From: a virus
Taxonomy: Duplodnaviria; Caudoviricetes
DNA: 30,655 bases
Virus record (IMG/VR): IMGVR_UViG_3300037882_000906
Location: 1-30,655 of that record
Direction: 5' to 3' (one strand)
Positions 1 to 8,951 of this stretch are shown here, in pieces (positions within the stretch are counted from its first letter, which is position 1; each line of letters begins with the position of its first letter). The notes below the pieces were generated by a model. The model made no database searches and was not told where the DNA came from. It saw nothing but the letters and a program-made list of their open reading frames with translations. The position numbers and the translations under genes were made by a program.

Positions 1-2
1 GG

Positions 3-158
3 ACGGCGTATACCGCGCCGTTGCCCGCGTTGACGCCGGGGACGCATACCGTGGCGGTGAGCGCGTGTAATGTGGCGGGGTGTTCGGCGCCGCTGGCGAT
101 CACGGTGCGCGTGGTGGTGATTCCGTCGCCGATCACGAATCTGCGGGTGACACCCTAA
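3..158 (+). CDS. Partial CDS (3' end), fibronectin type III / Ig-like domain protein
   Basis: Manual translation of frame 3 gives TAYTAPLPALTPGTHTVAVSACNVAGCSAPLAITVRVVVIPSPITNLRVTP*. LTPGT..V.V.A.N..G.S resembles the FN3 pattern. Stop overlaps the next start (TAATG). Confidence 0.6.
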   Translation, partial: TAYTAPLPALTPGTHTVAVSACNVAGCSAPLAITVRVVVIPSPITNLRVTP

Positions 159-388
159 TGGCGCTGTCCATTACGTCGATCACGCGGAAGAACGGCGCGT
201 CCTGTAATCACGTCACGGTCGTCGTGGATGACGAGGGCGTGTCTCGCACGTTCCATGCCTCCTTTCAGGAAATTGACGACCTGTTGGCAGAGCAAACGGT
301 GGTCGAACAAAAGAAAATGCTCGTGTTTCTCTGGGCAAAGTATCGGCGGGCGATGGGCCGCACGGTGCTTGGCGTGGAGGTGGCGTAA
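158..388 (+). CDS. Hypothetical protein (76 aa, MALSITSITRK...)
   Basis: ATG at 158 is coupled to the upstream TAA, and TAATG couples it to the next gene. Better start than the GTG at 80. Confidence 0.75.
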   Translation: MALSITSITRKNGASCNHVTVVVDDEGVSRTFHASFQEIDDLLAEQTVVEQKKMLVFLWAKYRRAMGRTVLGVEVA

Positions 389-1473
389 TGGCGCTGACGG
401 CCATCGGCGGTCTGCTCACCTATCCGCCGATCCCGTGGAACGCGGCGAACGGTATTGGCGTGTCCTCGGGTCTGTATGTGTTAGATGCGGCGGCGGAAAA
501 GGCGGCGATTATCGCGCAGGCCGCTGAGGACATCACGATCCAGTATGTGTGTTTTCGGACGGCGACGGTCACGACGGGGGCGACGATTGATCTGCGCGTG
601 GAGACGGTAGACCTCGCCACGGGGTTCCCATCCGGAACATTGTTTGCGACAGACACGAACGTCGCGCATGTGCTCGGGAACACGGACGATAACCTCTGGG
701 TCACGTCGGCGGCGCTGACGGCGAATGCCACGATCACGAAGGGCCAGTGGTTCGCCATTGTGGTGGCGAATGCTGGCGCCGGCAACTTTAATCTGGCGAG
801 TTTCTACGACGCGCAAGACGTGACGCCCTACGGGGCGTTGTATACGACGAGCTACGCCAAGCAGGCAATACGTCCGTCCATCGCGGCCAAAACGAGCGGT
901 GGGTCGTTCGTGAACATGGGGGCGCACTACATCCCGGCCGTGAGTGTGGATGAAGAGAATATTAATTCTGGCACCACGCCAGACGAAGTTGGCAATGTGA
1001 TCACTCTGCCGTTTCCGGCCCGGTGCATTGGGGCGGTCGTCTGGCTGTCGATTGCCGCCGGGATCGCTTATGACATTGTGCTCTACGATACAGACGGCAC
1101 GACGGTGCTGGCCTCGACCGCATTTGATTCTGATCTCCTCTTAAGTGCCAACTCTGGTCCGGTCACGTTCATCTGGGACGATGCGGCGGTCACGTTGGCG
1201 GCGTCGAGTCAGTATCGACTGGTGGTGAAGCCGACGAGCGCGAGCAATGTCACGGTCTCGTCGTATGTGCTAGGCGAGGTGGGGGTGTTCGACGTGATCG
1301 TGGGAGGGCAGAACGTGCATAAAACAGAGCGCACGAATGCGGGGGCGTGGTCGCAGACGACGACGCGACGCAACGTCATGGGCTTACTGCTCGACCAACT
1401 GGATGATGGGGCCGGGGGCGCGGGCGGGGGCTTGCTGACGCATCCCGGCATGAGTGGAGGGCTGCGCGGATGA
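388..1473 (+). CDS. Putative virion structural protein, beta-rich, possible receptor-binding/fibre component (361 aa)
   Basis: Ala/Thr/Gly/Val-rich beta-like sequence. GGAGG SD upstream. Ends in a Gly linker plus a short tail (GGAGGGLLTHPGMSGGLRG). Confidence 0.6.
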   Translation: MALTAIGGLLTYPPIPWNAANGIGVSSGLYVLDAAAEKAAIIAQAAEDITIQYVCFRTATVTTGATIDLRVETVDLATGFPSGTLFATDTNVAHVLGNTDDNLWVTSAALTANATITKGQWFAIVVANAGAGNFNLASFYDAQDVTPYGALYTTSYAKQAIRPSIAAKTSGGSFVNMGAHYIPAVSVDEENINSGTTPDEVGNVITLPFPARCIGAVVWLSIAAGIAYDIVLYDTDGTTVLASTAFDSDLLLSANSGPVTFIWDDAAVTLAASSQYRLVVKPTSASNVTVSSYVLGEVGVFDVIVGGQNVHKTERTNAGAWSQTTTRRNVMGLLLDQLDDGAGGAGGGLLTHPGMSGGLRG

Positions 1474-2573
1474 AAAAAATTCTCACGGCTGGCGCGGTCG
1501 ATCAGACGCTCGATGTGTTTGTGCAGGATTCGTCGGTAGCGACAGGCGCGGGCCTGACGGGGTTGGTGTTCAATACGGCCTCGCTCGTGTGCTACTACCG
1601 GAAAGGCGCGACGGGATCGGCCACGGCGCTCACGCTGGTGACGCAGACGGTCGGCGGCGCCCATAGTGATGGGGGGTTCGTCGCCATCGACGGGACCAAC
1701 ATGCCGGGGATGTATCGGCTGGATCTGTCGGATACGATTGTCGCGTCGGCGGGGTCGGTCGTGCTGATGCTGAAGGGGGCCACGAACATGGCCCCGCTCA
1801 CCATCGAATTACAGCTGGATGCGCCGGTCAACGTGGCCCAATGGCTCGGCACGGCCTGTGCGACCCCGACGGTGGCGGGCGTGCCGGAAGTGGATCTGAC
1901 CCATGTCGCGGGCGCGACGACCAACGTCGCGGCCCTGGCCACGAACGTGGACGCCATCCTGACGGATACCGGCACGACCTTGCAAGGGGAGCTGGACGGG
2001 ATTCAGGCGGACACGGAAGACATTCAAGCGCGCATTCCGGCGGCGTTGGTGTCGGGGCGGATCGATGCCAGTGTCGGCGCGATGGCCGCGAATGTCATGA
2101 CGGCGGCGGCGGCGGCGGCGGATTTGACGACGGAGTTCCAGACCGGGCTGGCGACGGCGGCGGATCTGGCGACTGTGGACAGCGTGGTGGATGCGATTCT
2201 GCTCGACACGGCCGAGATCGGCGCGGCGGGGGCGGGGTTGACGGCCTTGGCCTCGCAAGCCTCGGTAACGACCATTGACGACTTCCTCGATACCGAGATT
2301 GCGGCGATTCTCGCGGCCGTGGATACCGAAGTCGCGGCGATTCTCGCGCTCTTGGATGACCCGCGTGGGGAACCCGGGCAGGGCAGCCCAGCGGTCAATC
2401 CCGACGCGATGACGAAGATCGATTACCTCTACAAAGCCTGGCGGAACCGATCCACGCAGACCGCGAGTGAATACGCGCTCTATGCCGATGATGGCACGAC
2501 CAAGGATCAGGAAGCCGCCGTGTCGGATGACGGCACGACCTTCGTGAGATCTGAGATTGTGACGGGTCTGTAA
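1470..2573 (+). CDS. Putative virion fibre/adaptor protein with acidic helical repeats (367 aa)
   Basis: ATGA overlap. Globular N-terminal region, then repeats VDAILTDT / VDAILLDT / DTEIAAILAAV-DTEVAAILA, then a globular C-terminus. Confidence 0.6.
   Translation: MKKILTAGAVDQTLDVFVQDSSVATGAGLTGLVFNTASLVCYYRKGATGSATALTLVTQTVGGAHSDGGFVAIDGTNMPGMYRLDLSDTIVASAGSVVLMLKGATNMAPLTIELQLDAPVNVAQWLGTACATPTVAGVPEVDLTHVAGATTNVAALATNVDAILTDTGTTLQGELDGIQADTEDIQARIPAALVSGRIDASVGAMAANVMTAAAAAADLTTEFQTGLATAADLATVDSVVDAILLDTAEIGAAGAGLTALASQASVTTIDDFLDTEIAAILAAVDTEVAAILALLDDPRGEPGQGSPAVNPDAMTKIDYLYKAWRNRSTQTASEYALYADDGTTKDQEAAVSDDGTTFVRSEIVTGL
2289..2348 (+). repeat. Imperfect 33-nt-period tandem duplication inside the CDS
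   Basis: GATACCGAgattGCGGCGATTCTCGCG at 2289 and GATACCGAagtcGCGGCGATTCTCGCG at 2322. Confidence 0.8.
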
Positions 2574-2911
2574 TGGCGGTCGATACGGCGGCGAAGCGGT
2601 ATGCGGCGATGACCCCCGCGTGTCCGTGGAAAGCCGTGGGCGTGCTGCCGTCAGGCACGGTCGATGCGCCCGCCCGCCAAGCGGTGCGGTGGCTCTACAA
2701 CGGGATTCTCGCGCAGGGCGGGATTCTGATTGGCTACTACAATGACATGAACACCCGGTTACGGGTGTATCTGTTAGCGTATTATGGCCTCAGTGGCGGA
2801 CGGGATCTGACCACGCTGACCCAGCAGTATCTGGGGACGCTCTCCGGGACCGAACGCACCGCCCGGATGCAGCGGTTGATCGCAGATGCGACGGCGGCGA
2901 TGACTCCATGA
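2573..2911 (+). CDS. Hypothetical protein (112 aa)
   Basis: TAATG coupling upstream, ATGA coupling downstream. Confidence 0.75.
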   Translation: MAVDTAAKRYAAMTPACPWKAVGVLPSGTVDAPARQAVRWLYNGILAQGGILIGYYNDMNTRLRVYLLAYYGLSGGRDLTTLTQQYLGTLSGTERTARMQRLIADATAAMTP

Positions 2912-3198
2912 TCTGGCTGGTCTTCGGTGGACAACTCCTCCTGCTGCTGGCCGTGGTGGTCGCCGCCCGACGGCTGCGGACGGATCTCGCGGTGGCGCAT
3001 CAGCAGTTGGCGATGGACGTCTTGGCGCATCTGACCGTGACCCGCCGCGAACAGGCGGAACAGGCCGCGGCCCGGGTCACGGAACGCGAACAGTTTCTGG
3101 CGCAGGTGCAAGACCGGCTGGAGGCCCGCCTCCGGGATGTGGCGGAGACGTCGGGGCGGACGTTGTTGAAAACCCGATTGGAGCAGCGCACACGATGA
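2908..3198 (+). CDS. Membrane-anchored coiled-coil protein (96 aa)
   Basis: N-terminal hydrophobic helix (IWLVFGGQLLLLLAVVVAA) followed by an R/E/Q-rich helix. ATGA overlaps at both ends. Confidence 0.7.
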   Translation: MIWLVFGGQLLLLLAVVVAARRLRTDLAVAHQQLAMDVLAHLTVTRREQAEQAAARVTEREQFLAQVQDRLEARLRDVAETSGRTLLKTRLEQRTR

Positions 3199-3401
3199 CG
3201 GGACCAGATATTGGCGACACGCTCCGGCAGTATGTCGGCGGGATCGTCTTAGAGTTGGCGACGGCGCAGGCCGTCATCAAGGCCCAAGCCGCCACGATTG
3301 CGGACTTGGAGTCGGCAGCCGAGGCTGCCACGCGGCGCGGACGCGAGGACGGGGCGCAGGGCGCAGACGGGCCTCGCACAGGAGAGATCGAGCATGGCTG
3401 A
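3195..3401 (+). CDS. Small coiled-coil hypothetical protein (68 aa)
   Basis: ATGA coupling, GGAG SD, fills the gap in the operon. Confidence 0.65.
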   Translation: MTGPDIGDTLRQYVGGIVLELATAQAVIKAQAATIADLESAAEAATRRGREDGAQGADGPRTGEIEHG

Positions 3402-3960
3402 AACGAAACGCTTTTATCAACCCGTCGCGGTGAATAGCGCCTTGACGGTGTCGGGCGCGGCGACGTTGTCATCGACGTTGGCGGTGACGGGGGCCGCCAC
3501 GTTGACGGGACAGGTCACGGCGACGGCGGGTGTGGTCGGATCGACCCCGGTGGCATTTACCTCGGGCACATCGCTGGCGTTGACGCGAGCCTTGCACGCG
3601 GGTCGGACGGTATACGTGACCGACGTGGCGGCGGCGTATACGTTACCGGCGGCCACTGGCTCCGGCGACAAGTATCGGATCGTGCTGGGCGCGACCCAGA
3701 CCGGAGCTGGGACGATTTCGGCCACCTCATCGGGCACGTTCGTGGGGAACGCCACCCTCTATCAGGATGCTGCCGCGACGGTGAACGGGTTTACGGCGGT
3801 GGCTGGGGACAATACGATTGACCTGTTCGAGGCGAGCAACACCACAGGCGGCATGATTGGCGCGTCCTACGACTTCGAGGACATCGCCACAAATCTGTGG
3901 CACGTCAATATCGTGAGTGACGCGGGCGGCACCGAGGCTACGCCGTTCTCGACGGTGTAA
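3394..3960 (+). CDS. Putative virion structural/decoration protein (188 aa, MAETKRFYQP...)
   Basis: Start reassigned to ATG 3394 with AGGAGA upstream. Contains LTVSGAATLSSTLAVTGAATL beta repeats and a TLPAATGSGDKY segment typical of phage fibre/decoration proteins. Confidence 0.6.
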   Translation: MAETKRFYQPVAVNSALTVSGAATLSSTLAVTGAATLTGQVTATAGVVGSTPVAFTSGTSLALTRALHAGRTVYVTDVAAAYTLPAATGSGDKYRIVLGATQTGAGTISATSSGTFVGNATLYQDAAATVNGFTAVAGDNTIDLFEASNTTGGMIGASYDFEDIATNLWHVNIVSDAGGTEATPFSTV

Positions 3961-5495
3961 TGGACGAGACGCATCCGATCGCCAAGTGCTGCTGGTGTCA
4001 GTCGGCACTGGTCAAACGCGAGGGGCATTGGTGGTGTGCGACGAAAGACTGTCGCACCCGCCAACGCGCCTGGGCGATCGTGGTGCAGGACAAGCGCATC
4101 GAGCGCGGAGCGTTCAAGGGATACGTCCCGCGTTTCTGGTGGGTGCCCCTACCAAAGCAAGTCGCGTTTCTGGAGTTACCGGGCAAGCGCAAGTTGCTCG
4201 GCGGTGCCGCCGGCCCTGGCAAAAGTCACGTGGCGCGCTGTGGGGCGTATCGGCTCTGTTTGACGATTCCGGGCCTCAGCGTGCTCTTGATTCGCAAGAC
4301 GCGCCCAGAGTTGGAACGCACGCATATTCGGAAGATGCGGCAGGAACAGCACGATCTGGGATTTACGTGGATGGAGCAGGCAAAGGAATGCCGCTTCACG
4401 AATGGCTCGGTGATTGAGTGCGGCCACATGGAAGACGAAGCGGCGGTGCAGAAATATCTGTCGTCGGAATACGACCTCATCATTCCCGAGGAGGCGGTGC
4501 AGTATCCACCCGATCCGCTGATGGAGTTGATGTCCCGCGCCCGCACGTCGAACGATCAGGTCAAAGCCCTCGGCGGCCCGTGGGTCTGGTTGCCCACGAA
4601 TCCCGGTGGGCCAAGTCATCATCTCCTGAAGTCGTTCTTCATCGACCAGCAGCCCGATACCGAGCAGTATCCGGCGATGGCATCGAGCTATCGTCCTGAG
4701 CAATGGGGCTACACCCATGCCACATTGGACGATAATCCCTACATCGATCCCGATTACGAGCAGTTGTCGCTCTCGGGCCTCCGCAAGGCCCGCTATGCCC
4801 AACTCCGGCATGGCGATTGGGATGCCGCCGAAGGCACCTTCTTCGAGATGTTCTCAAAGGCGACCCATAGTCGACATCTCGACCTCCCCACCCCCATCAC
4901 GGGCGTGGTGGAGGCGATTGACTGGGGCTACACGTCGCCGGGGGCGTGGGCGGCGTATGCCCCGGTGGGGGATGGGCATTGGCATGTCATCGGGGAATGG
5001 AAGTTCCGCCAGCACACGCCGGAAGAAGTCGCGCTCGGCATCAAAGAGCGGCGGACGGAACTCGGGATCGGGCAGGTGTCGTATGTGGTCGGTGACCCAT
5101 CGATGTTTGCCAAGTCCCGGGGTGAATCCATTGCGGAGACAATGGGCCGCTTCGGGGTCCAGATTCGGCCAGGGGATAACGAACGTGAACTCGGTTGGAT
5201 GCGCTTGATCGCGGCTTACCATCCCGCGCCGGACGGGATTCCCTGGCTGACGTATGAACCGACCTGCACGTATTCGCTGCGGTCGATTCCGGCACTCTTG
5301 GCCGACAAGACGAACCCCGAAGACGTGGATACACGCCTCGATGACCACGCGGCCGATCGCGATCGCTACATGGTACAGTCCCGTCCCTCGTTCCGGACCC
5401 CGGTCGCCGCCGAGATGCCGCCGCCCCCCAATTCGTGGGGATGGTGGCGCCTCTTTCATAGCAAACAAGGGGAAGCCACAGGAGTCCTCGCATGA
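3960..5495 (+). CDS. terL: Terminase large subunit
   Basis: Q motif (PLPKQ), Walker A GGAAGPGKS, Walker B LIIPEEA, coupling motif PTNPGG, ATLDDNPYI, RNase H-like nuclease motifs AIDWG, VGDPS and DDHAAD..RY. Confidence 0.95.
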   Translation: MDETHPIAKCCWCQSALVKREGHWWCATKDCRTRQRAWAIVVQDKRIERGAFKGYVPRFWWVPLPKQVAFLELPGKRKLLGGAAGPGKSHVARCGAYRLCLTIPGLSVLLIRKTRPELERTHIRKMRQEQHDLGFTWMEQAKECRFTNGSVIECGHMEDEAAVQKYLSSEYDLIIPEEAVQYPPDPLMELMSRARTSNDQVKALGGPWVWLPTNPGGPSHHLLKSFFIDQQPDTEQYPAMASSYRPEQWGYTHATLDDNPYIDPDYEQLSLSGLRKARYAQLRHGDWDAAEGTFFEMFSKATHSRHLDLPTPITGVVEAIDWGYTSPGAWAAYAPVGDGHWHVIGEWKFRQHTPEEVALGIKERRTELGIGQVSYVVGDPSMFAKSRGESIAETMGRFGVQIRPGDNERELGWMRLIAAYHPAPDGIPWLTYEPTCTYSLRSIPALLADKTNPEDVDTRLDDHAADRDRYMVQSRPSFRTPVAAEMPPPPNSWGWWRLFHSKQGEATGVLA

Positions 5496-7630
5496 AACTG
5501 AACCCACTCCCCTTTGACGCCAAAGACCTGTCGTTCTGGCGTACCGAAATTCAGCAGGCCCGCCAGAAGCGGGAAGATGTTGCCAGCACCTACGGGTGGG
5601 ATGACAACCTGAAGCGGTATGTCCCGAAGCCGAACAAGACGGCTGATGGCAAACTGAACTACGAAGTCAACATCGGGGCCGATTTCCGCGACGTGGAGCG
5701 CAAGAAAGCCGCGCTGTTCTACGACACGCCGCAGGTGTCACTGGATGTGACACAGGATCGGGAAATCGCCCCGGCGACCCCGCAGACACCGCCGCTGATG
5801 CTCTCGACGTTGGCCCTATGGCATCAGGAGATTCTCAATGAACTCCTCGGGCCCCAGCACGCCAACGTCAAGCCCACGATTCTGAAGGCCATCTTCAACT
5901 GTCTCTGCCCCTCGGGTGTGGGCCCGGTGAGTGTGGGCTATCAGGTGACGATGCGGACGATGACGACGCAGGCGCCGGTGCTGAATCCGTTGGGCCAGCC
6001 CGTCATGCAGCCGGTCGATCCCTTGGCGCAGATTGGCGCGGTCATGGGGATCACGCCGCCTCCGGTGCCGGTCCCGATGATGCAGGAGATCGAGGTCGAA
6101 GTCCCGATTGAGGAACGGTGGTTCGTCTCGGGCTTCTCGCCCAAGGCGCTCCTGATTCCGATCAGCTTCCGGGACACCGACTTCCAGCGCGCCCCGTGGC
6201 TTGGGAAGGACTGGCGCAAGCCGGTATCCCAAGTCCGGCGGGAATACGGCCTCCCCAAGGACTGGGTCGCCGGAGTCGCGGATGACGAGCAGAAGCCCTA
6301 CTTCGACAACCAGACGCCGGAGACGGGCGAGGATGACGCGGGTGACCCATACGTCAGCGGGGTGGAGATCACCTATCGGGCGCAACTCCGGGCGGAGGAG
6401 GAAGTCCATCCCGACGCCATGCGGCAGTTGGTGCTAGTGGATGGGAAGGACACGCCGCTCGTCCATCGGGACAGCCCCTATCAGGACTTCACCGAGACGG
6501 GCGAGCTCACCGACGATTCGCTGCGCGGGTTCGTGGATCGACCGCTGGTCCTGCGCGATCTCTCCGACAGCGCGTGGATTCCGTCCGATTGTGCGGTCAC
6601 GGCGGCCCTCACGAAGGAACTGGAGAAGTTCCGCACGGATAGCGTCAAGCAACGGGCGAACAGCCGTCGCGTGATTCTGTTCGACAGCGCGAAGATTGAC
6701 CCGAGCGCGAAGGACAAGATCGAGCAGGGCACGATTGGGATGTTCGTGCCGGTGGTCGAGGGGGCGCTGCTCCAAGGCAAGGATGCCGTCATGCAGGAAG
6801 TCGCGCAGCCGTCGCTGGGCCGCGAGACGTTCATGGCGCAGGACATCATCGAGCGCGACCGGGAACAGATCCTCGGCATTGGGGCGAATCAGAGCGGGGT
6901 CGCCACGCGGGGCCGGAAGACCGCGACGGAACAGACCATTGTCCAGCGCAACTCCGAAGCCCGGTTCGAGCAGGAACGCCAGCGCGTGCTGGAATGGTAT
7001 CTCGACGTGGTGAGCGCCTTCGATACGCTGGTCCTGCGCTACGCCGATGCCCGGATCGCCGTGAAGATTCTCGGGGAGGGTCGGGGGCAACTCTGGGCGC
7101 AGCATAAAGGGGCGTTAGCCGGGGGCTACGCTCATGCGCTCCGGGTCGATTCCGGCAAGTATCTGGATGTGGAAGCCGACCGCCGGCAGATGCTCCAGTT
7201 CTACAACCAGGTGCGGCAAGACCCGTTCATCAACCCCCGGCTGATTCTCAAGGATCTAGCGGAGAAGTTTGGCTATGACCCGGCGGAGTTCATCGTGGAA
7301 CCGCCGAAGCCGCAGAAGGATCTCAAGGCGTCGGTCACGATCAAGAGCGAAATGCTCGACCCGGCGCTCCCGCAGTTCCCGATTATGATTGCCCTCCTCC
7401 GGCAGGGCGGATGGGAGATTAGCGAAACCGATGTGCAGTTGGCGCAGCAACAGGCGTTGGCGCAGACGGGCGGAATGTTGCCGGTGTCTGGCGTGGGGCC
7501 TGATCCGAAGGGCGGGGGGATGATCGGGCATCCAGGCGCAGCCCCGAAAGCGCCCACGATTAACCAGCACCAGGCTGATCTCACTGGAGATCGCAGCGGT
7601 CCTAAAGTAGACGTTGGGAGTGTGATGTGA
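5492..7630 (+). CDS. Portal protein (712 aa)
   Basis: Directly follows terL, with typical size. Helical character, KTATEQ motif typical of podovirus-type portals, and a Q/P/G-rich C-terminal tail. Confidence 0.85.
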   Translation: MKLNPLPFDAKDLSFWRTEIQQARQKREDVASTYGWDDNLKRYVPKPNKTADGKLNYEVNIGADFRDVERKKAALFYDTPQVSLDVTQDREIAPATPQTPPLMLSTLALWHQEILNELLGPQHANVKPTILKAIFNCLCPSGVGPVSVGYQVTMRTMTTQAPVLNPLGQPVMQPVDPLAQIGAVMGITPPPVPVPMMQEIEVEVPIEERWFVSGFSPKALLIPISFRDTDFQRAPWLGKDWRKPVSQVRREYGLPKDWVAGVADDEQKPYFDNQTPETGEDDAGDPYVSGVEITYRAQLRAEEEVHPDAMRQLVLVDGKDTPLVHRDSPYQDFTETGELTDDSLRGFVDRPLVLRDLSDSAWIPSDCAVTAALTKELEKFRTDSVKQRANSRRVILFDSAKIDPSAKDKIEQGTIGMFVPVVEGALLQGKDAVMQEVAQPSLGRETFMAQDIIERDREQILGIGANQSGVATRGRKTATEQTIVQRNSEARFEQERQRVLEWYLDVVSAFDTLVLRYADARIAVKILGEGRGQLWAQHKGALAGGYAHALRVDSGKYLDVEADRRQMLQFYNQVRQDPFINPRLILKDLAEKFGYDPAEFIVEPPKPQKDLKASVTIKSEMLDPALPQFPIMIALLRQGGWEISETDVQLAQQQALAQTGGMLPVSGVGPDPKGGGMIGHPGAAPKAPTINQHQADLTGDRSGPKVDVGSVM

Positions 7631-7854
7631 TGGCGAAGAAGAAACCGATTCCCGTGATTCCAACCACGTTCGACCGCCCCCCGCTGGCGACGGACAACGC
7701 CCGTCATGCCGTTTGGGTGGACGATGATCGCGGCATCCGGCGGGTCACGGCCAAGAATCCCGGCGACCCACAGATCGTGCTGGATGGGGCTATCTACACG
7801 CATACCCGCGAGACGGAGACGGGCGCATGGGTGTACACGCGGGTGGACGCATGA
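7630..7854 (+). CDS. Hypothetical protein (74 aa)
   Basis: TGATG coupling with the portal stop, GGGAG SD. Confidence 0.7.
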   Translation: MAKKKPIPVIPTTFDRPPLATDNARHAVWVDDDRGIRRVTAKNPGDPQIVLDGAIYTHTRETETGAWVYTRVDA

Positions 7855-7967
7855 GCGATGACAACAAGACCAGCTGCCGAAAGTGGTATCAGGCGAATCG
7901 AGATCGCATCCTGCGGGAGAAGCGAGAGCAAGCGTTCGAGGACTCTCTGGAGAAAGCCATTGCCTGA
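7851..7967 (+). CDS. Small basic helical ORF (38 aa) absent from the ORF track
   Basis: Manual translation MSDDNKTSCRKWYQANRDRILREKREQAFEDSLEKAIA*. ATGA overlap upstream. Its 3' end carries the GGAG SD for the next gene. Confidence 0.55.
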   Translation: MSDDNKTSCRKWYQANRDRILREKREQAFEDSLEKAIA

Positions 7968-8346
7968 GACATGTCCCAAGTGCGGCGCTGAGTTACAAGT
8001 CGGTGATTGGCCCCTGTGCGGAGGCAAACACGCGCACGCCAAAGCGAACCTGTCCACGCATCCAGACGATGTTCCTGGTGGCTTCTGGGCCGAGAACGGA
8101 TTTCCTAAGCCTCGTTGGTTCCCGAGCCACTCGGAACACCGGGCGGCGCTGGCGGCGCGGGGTCTGGAAATCGGGGCGAAGTGGGCGGGCCCGCTGGACA
8201 AGATCATGACCCGCTGGGACGCCCCGGATGCCACGACCTTAGCCAATGCCAAGGTGTTGGTGTCTCGGACGAAAGCCGAGCCCTTCGCTCCAGAGGAACG
8301 TATTCCGATTACGGTCACCCCGATCACGTTTGAGAGGCCCGTATGA
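7960..8346 (+). CDS. Zn-ribbon protein of the kind often found after podovirus portals (FmdB-like)
   Basis: Likely TTG start at 7960 behind GGAG. CPKC...PLC...H ligands, followed by SHSEHRAALAARGL. Confidence 0.6.
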   Translation: MPETCPKCGAELQVGDWPLCGGKHAHAKANLSTHPDDVPGGFWAENGFPKPRWFPSHSEHRAALAARGLEIGAKWAGPLDKIMTRWDAPDATTLANAKVLVSRTKAEPFAPEERIPITVTPITFERPV

Positions 8347-8597
8347 GTTGGCGTATAGCGACAAGCGAGTCAGTGAACACCGGATTGGGCTGTGAGGGGC
8401 ATTTCGACTTCATTGTCGGTCGGGACGGCACCGCCCGTGAATGCGTGAATGAGTCATGGGGGCATCGCCCGATCCGCGTGGTCTACGACACACCCGAGGC
8501 GTTGACACGGTTTAAGCGGGCGTGGTCGCGGGAGCGGTCCTTGCGCGCTGTGGCCTTTTGGCACGCCCTCGCTGACTGTATGGAGACACCGCAATGA
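8343..8597 (+). CDS. Hypothetical protein (84 aa)
   Basis: ATGA coupling at both ends, GAGG SD. Confidence 0.65.
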   Translation: MSWRIATSESVNTGLGCEGHFDFIVGRDGTARECVNESWGHRPIRVVYDTPEALTRFKRAWSRERSLRAVAFWHALADCMETPQ

Positions 8598-8833
8598 TTT
8601 TGATGCCCAATGGACTGTCTCAAAAGAAGACACAGCCTCTTACGGCGGCGGAGATGGACTGGCTGGCGGATGCCGAGGATGTATGCCGAAAGTTGAATCT
8701 GACGATCGCGTGTCCGGATTGCCTCCAGTCGGGAATGCGGACGGGGGCGGTGCTGCGGGGGAACAACGCGCCGGGGGAGACGCTGACGGTGACGTGCGGA
8801 TGTCGGCATCTCGTCTTCCGACCGGGCGTCTAA
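8594..8833 (+). CDS. Small Zn-binding protein (79 aa)
   Basis: CPDC...CGC motif, GGAG SD, ATGA overlap. Confidence 0.7.
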   Translation: MILMPNGLSQKKTQPLTAAEMDWLADAEDVCRKLNLTIACPDCLQSGMRTGAVLRGNNAPGETLTVTCGCRHLVFRPGV

Positions 8834-8943
8834 TCTGCCCCTGTGGGCAGACCAAACCGTATCAACGCCCCTCGGGGGTTGAGGTCTGCGCGAACTGTTT
8901 GGGGCCGGTGACGTGGCAAGCCGACCCGCCGGCACGATTCTAG
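8800..8943 (+). CDS. Possible small Zn-ribbon protein (47 aa)
   Basis: MSASRLPTGRLICPCGQTKPYQRPSGVEVCANCLGPV... fills the gap before the ART gene. Start uncertain. Confidence 0.45.
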   Translation: MSASRLPTGRLICPCGQTKPYQRPSGVEVCANCLGPVTWQADPPARF

Positions 8944-8951
8944 GGTGTGAG

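Noticed and set aside
2100-2120. (GCG)n tract as a phase-variation site
   Set aside because: Trinucleotide unit encoding poly-Ala in an Ala-rich protein, so slippage would not shift the frame.
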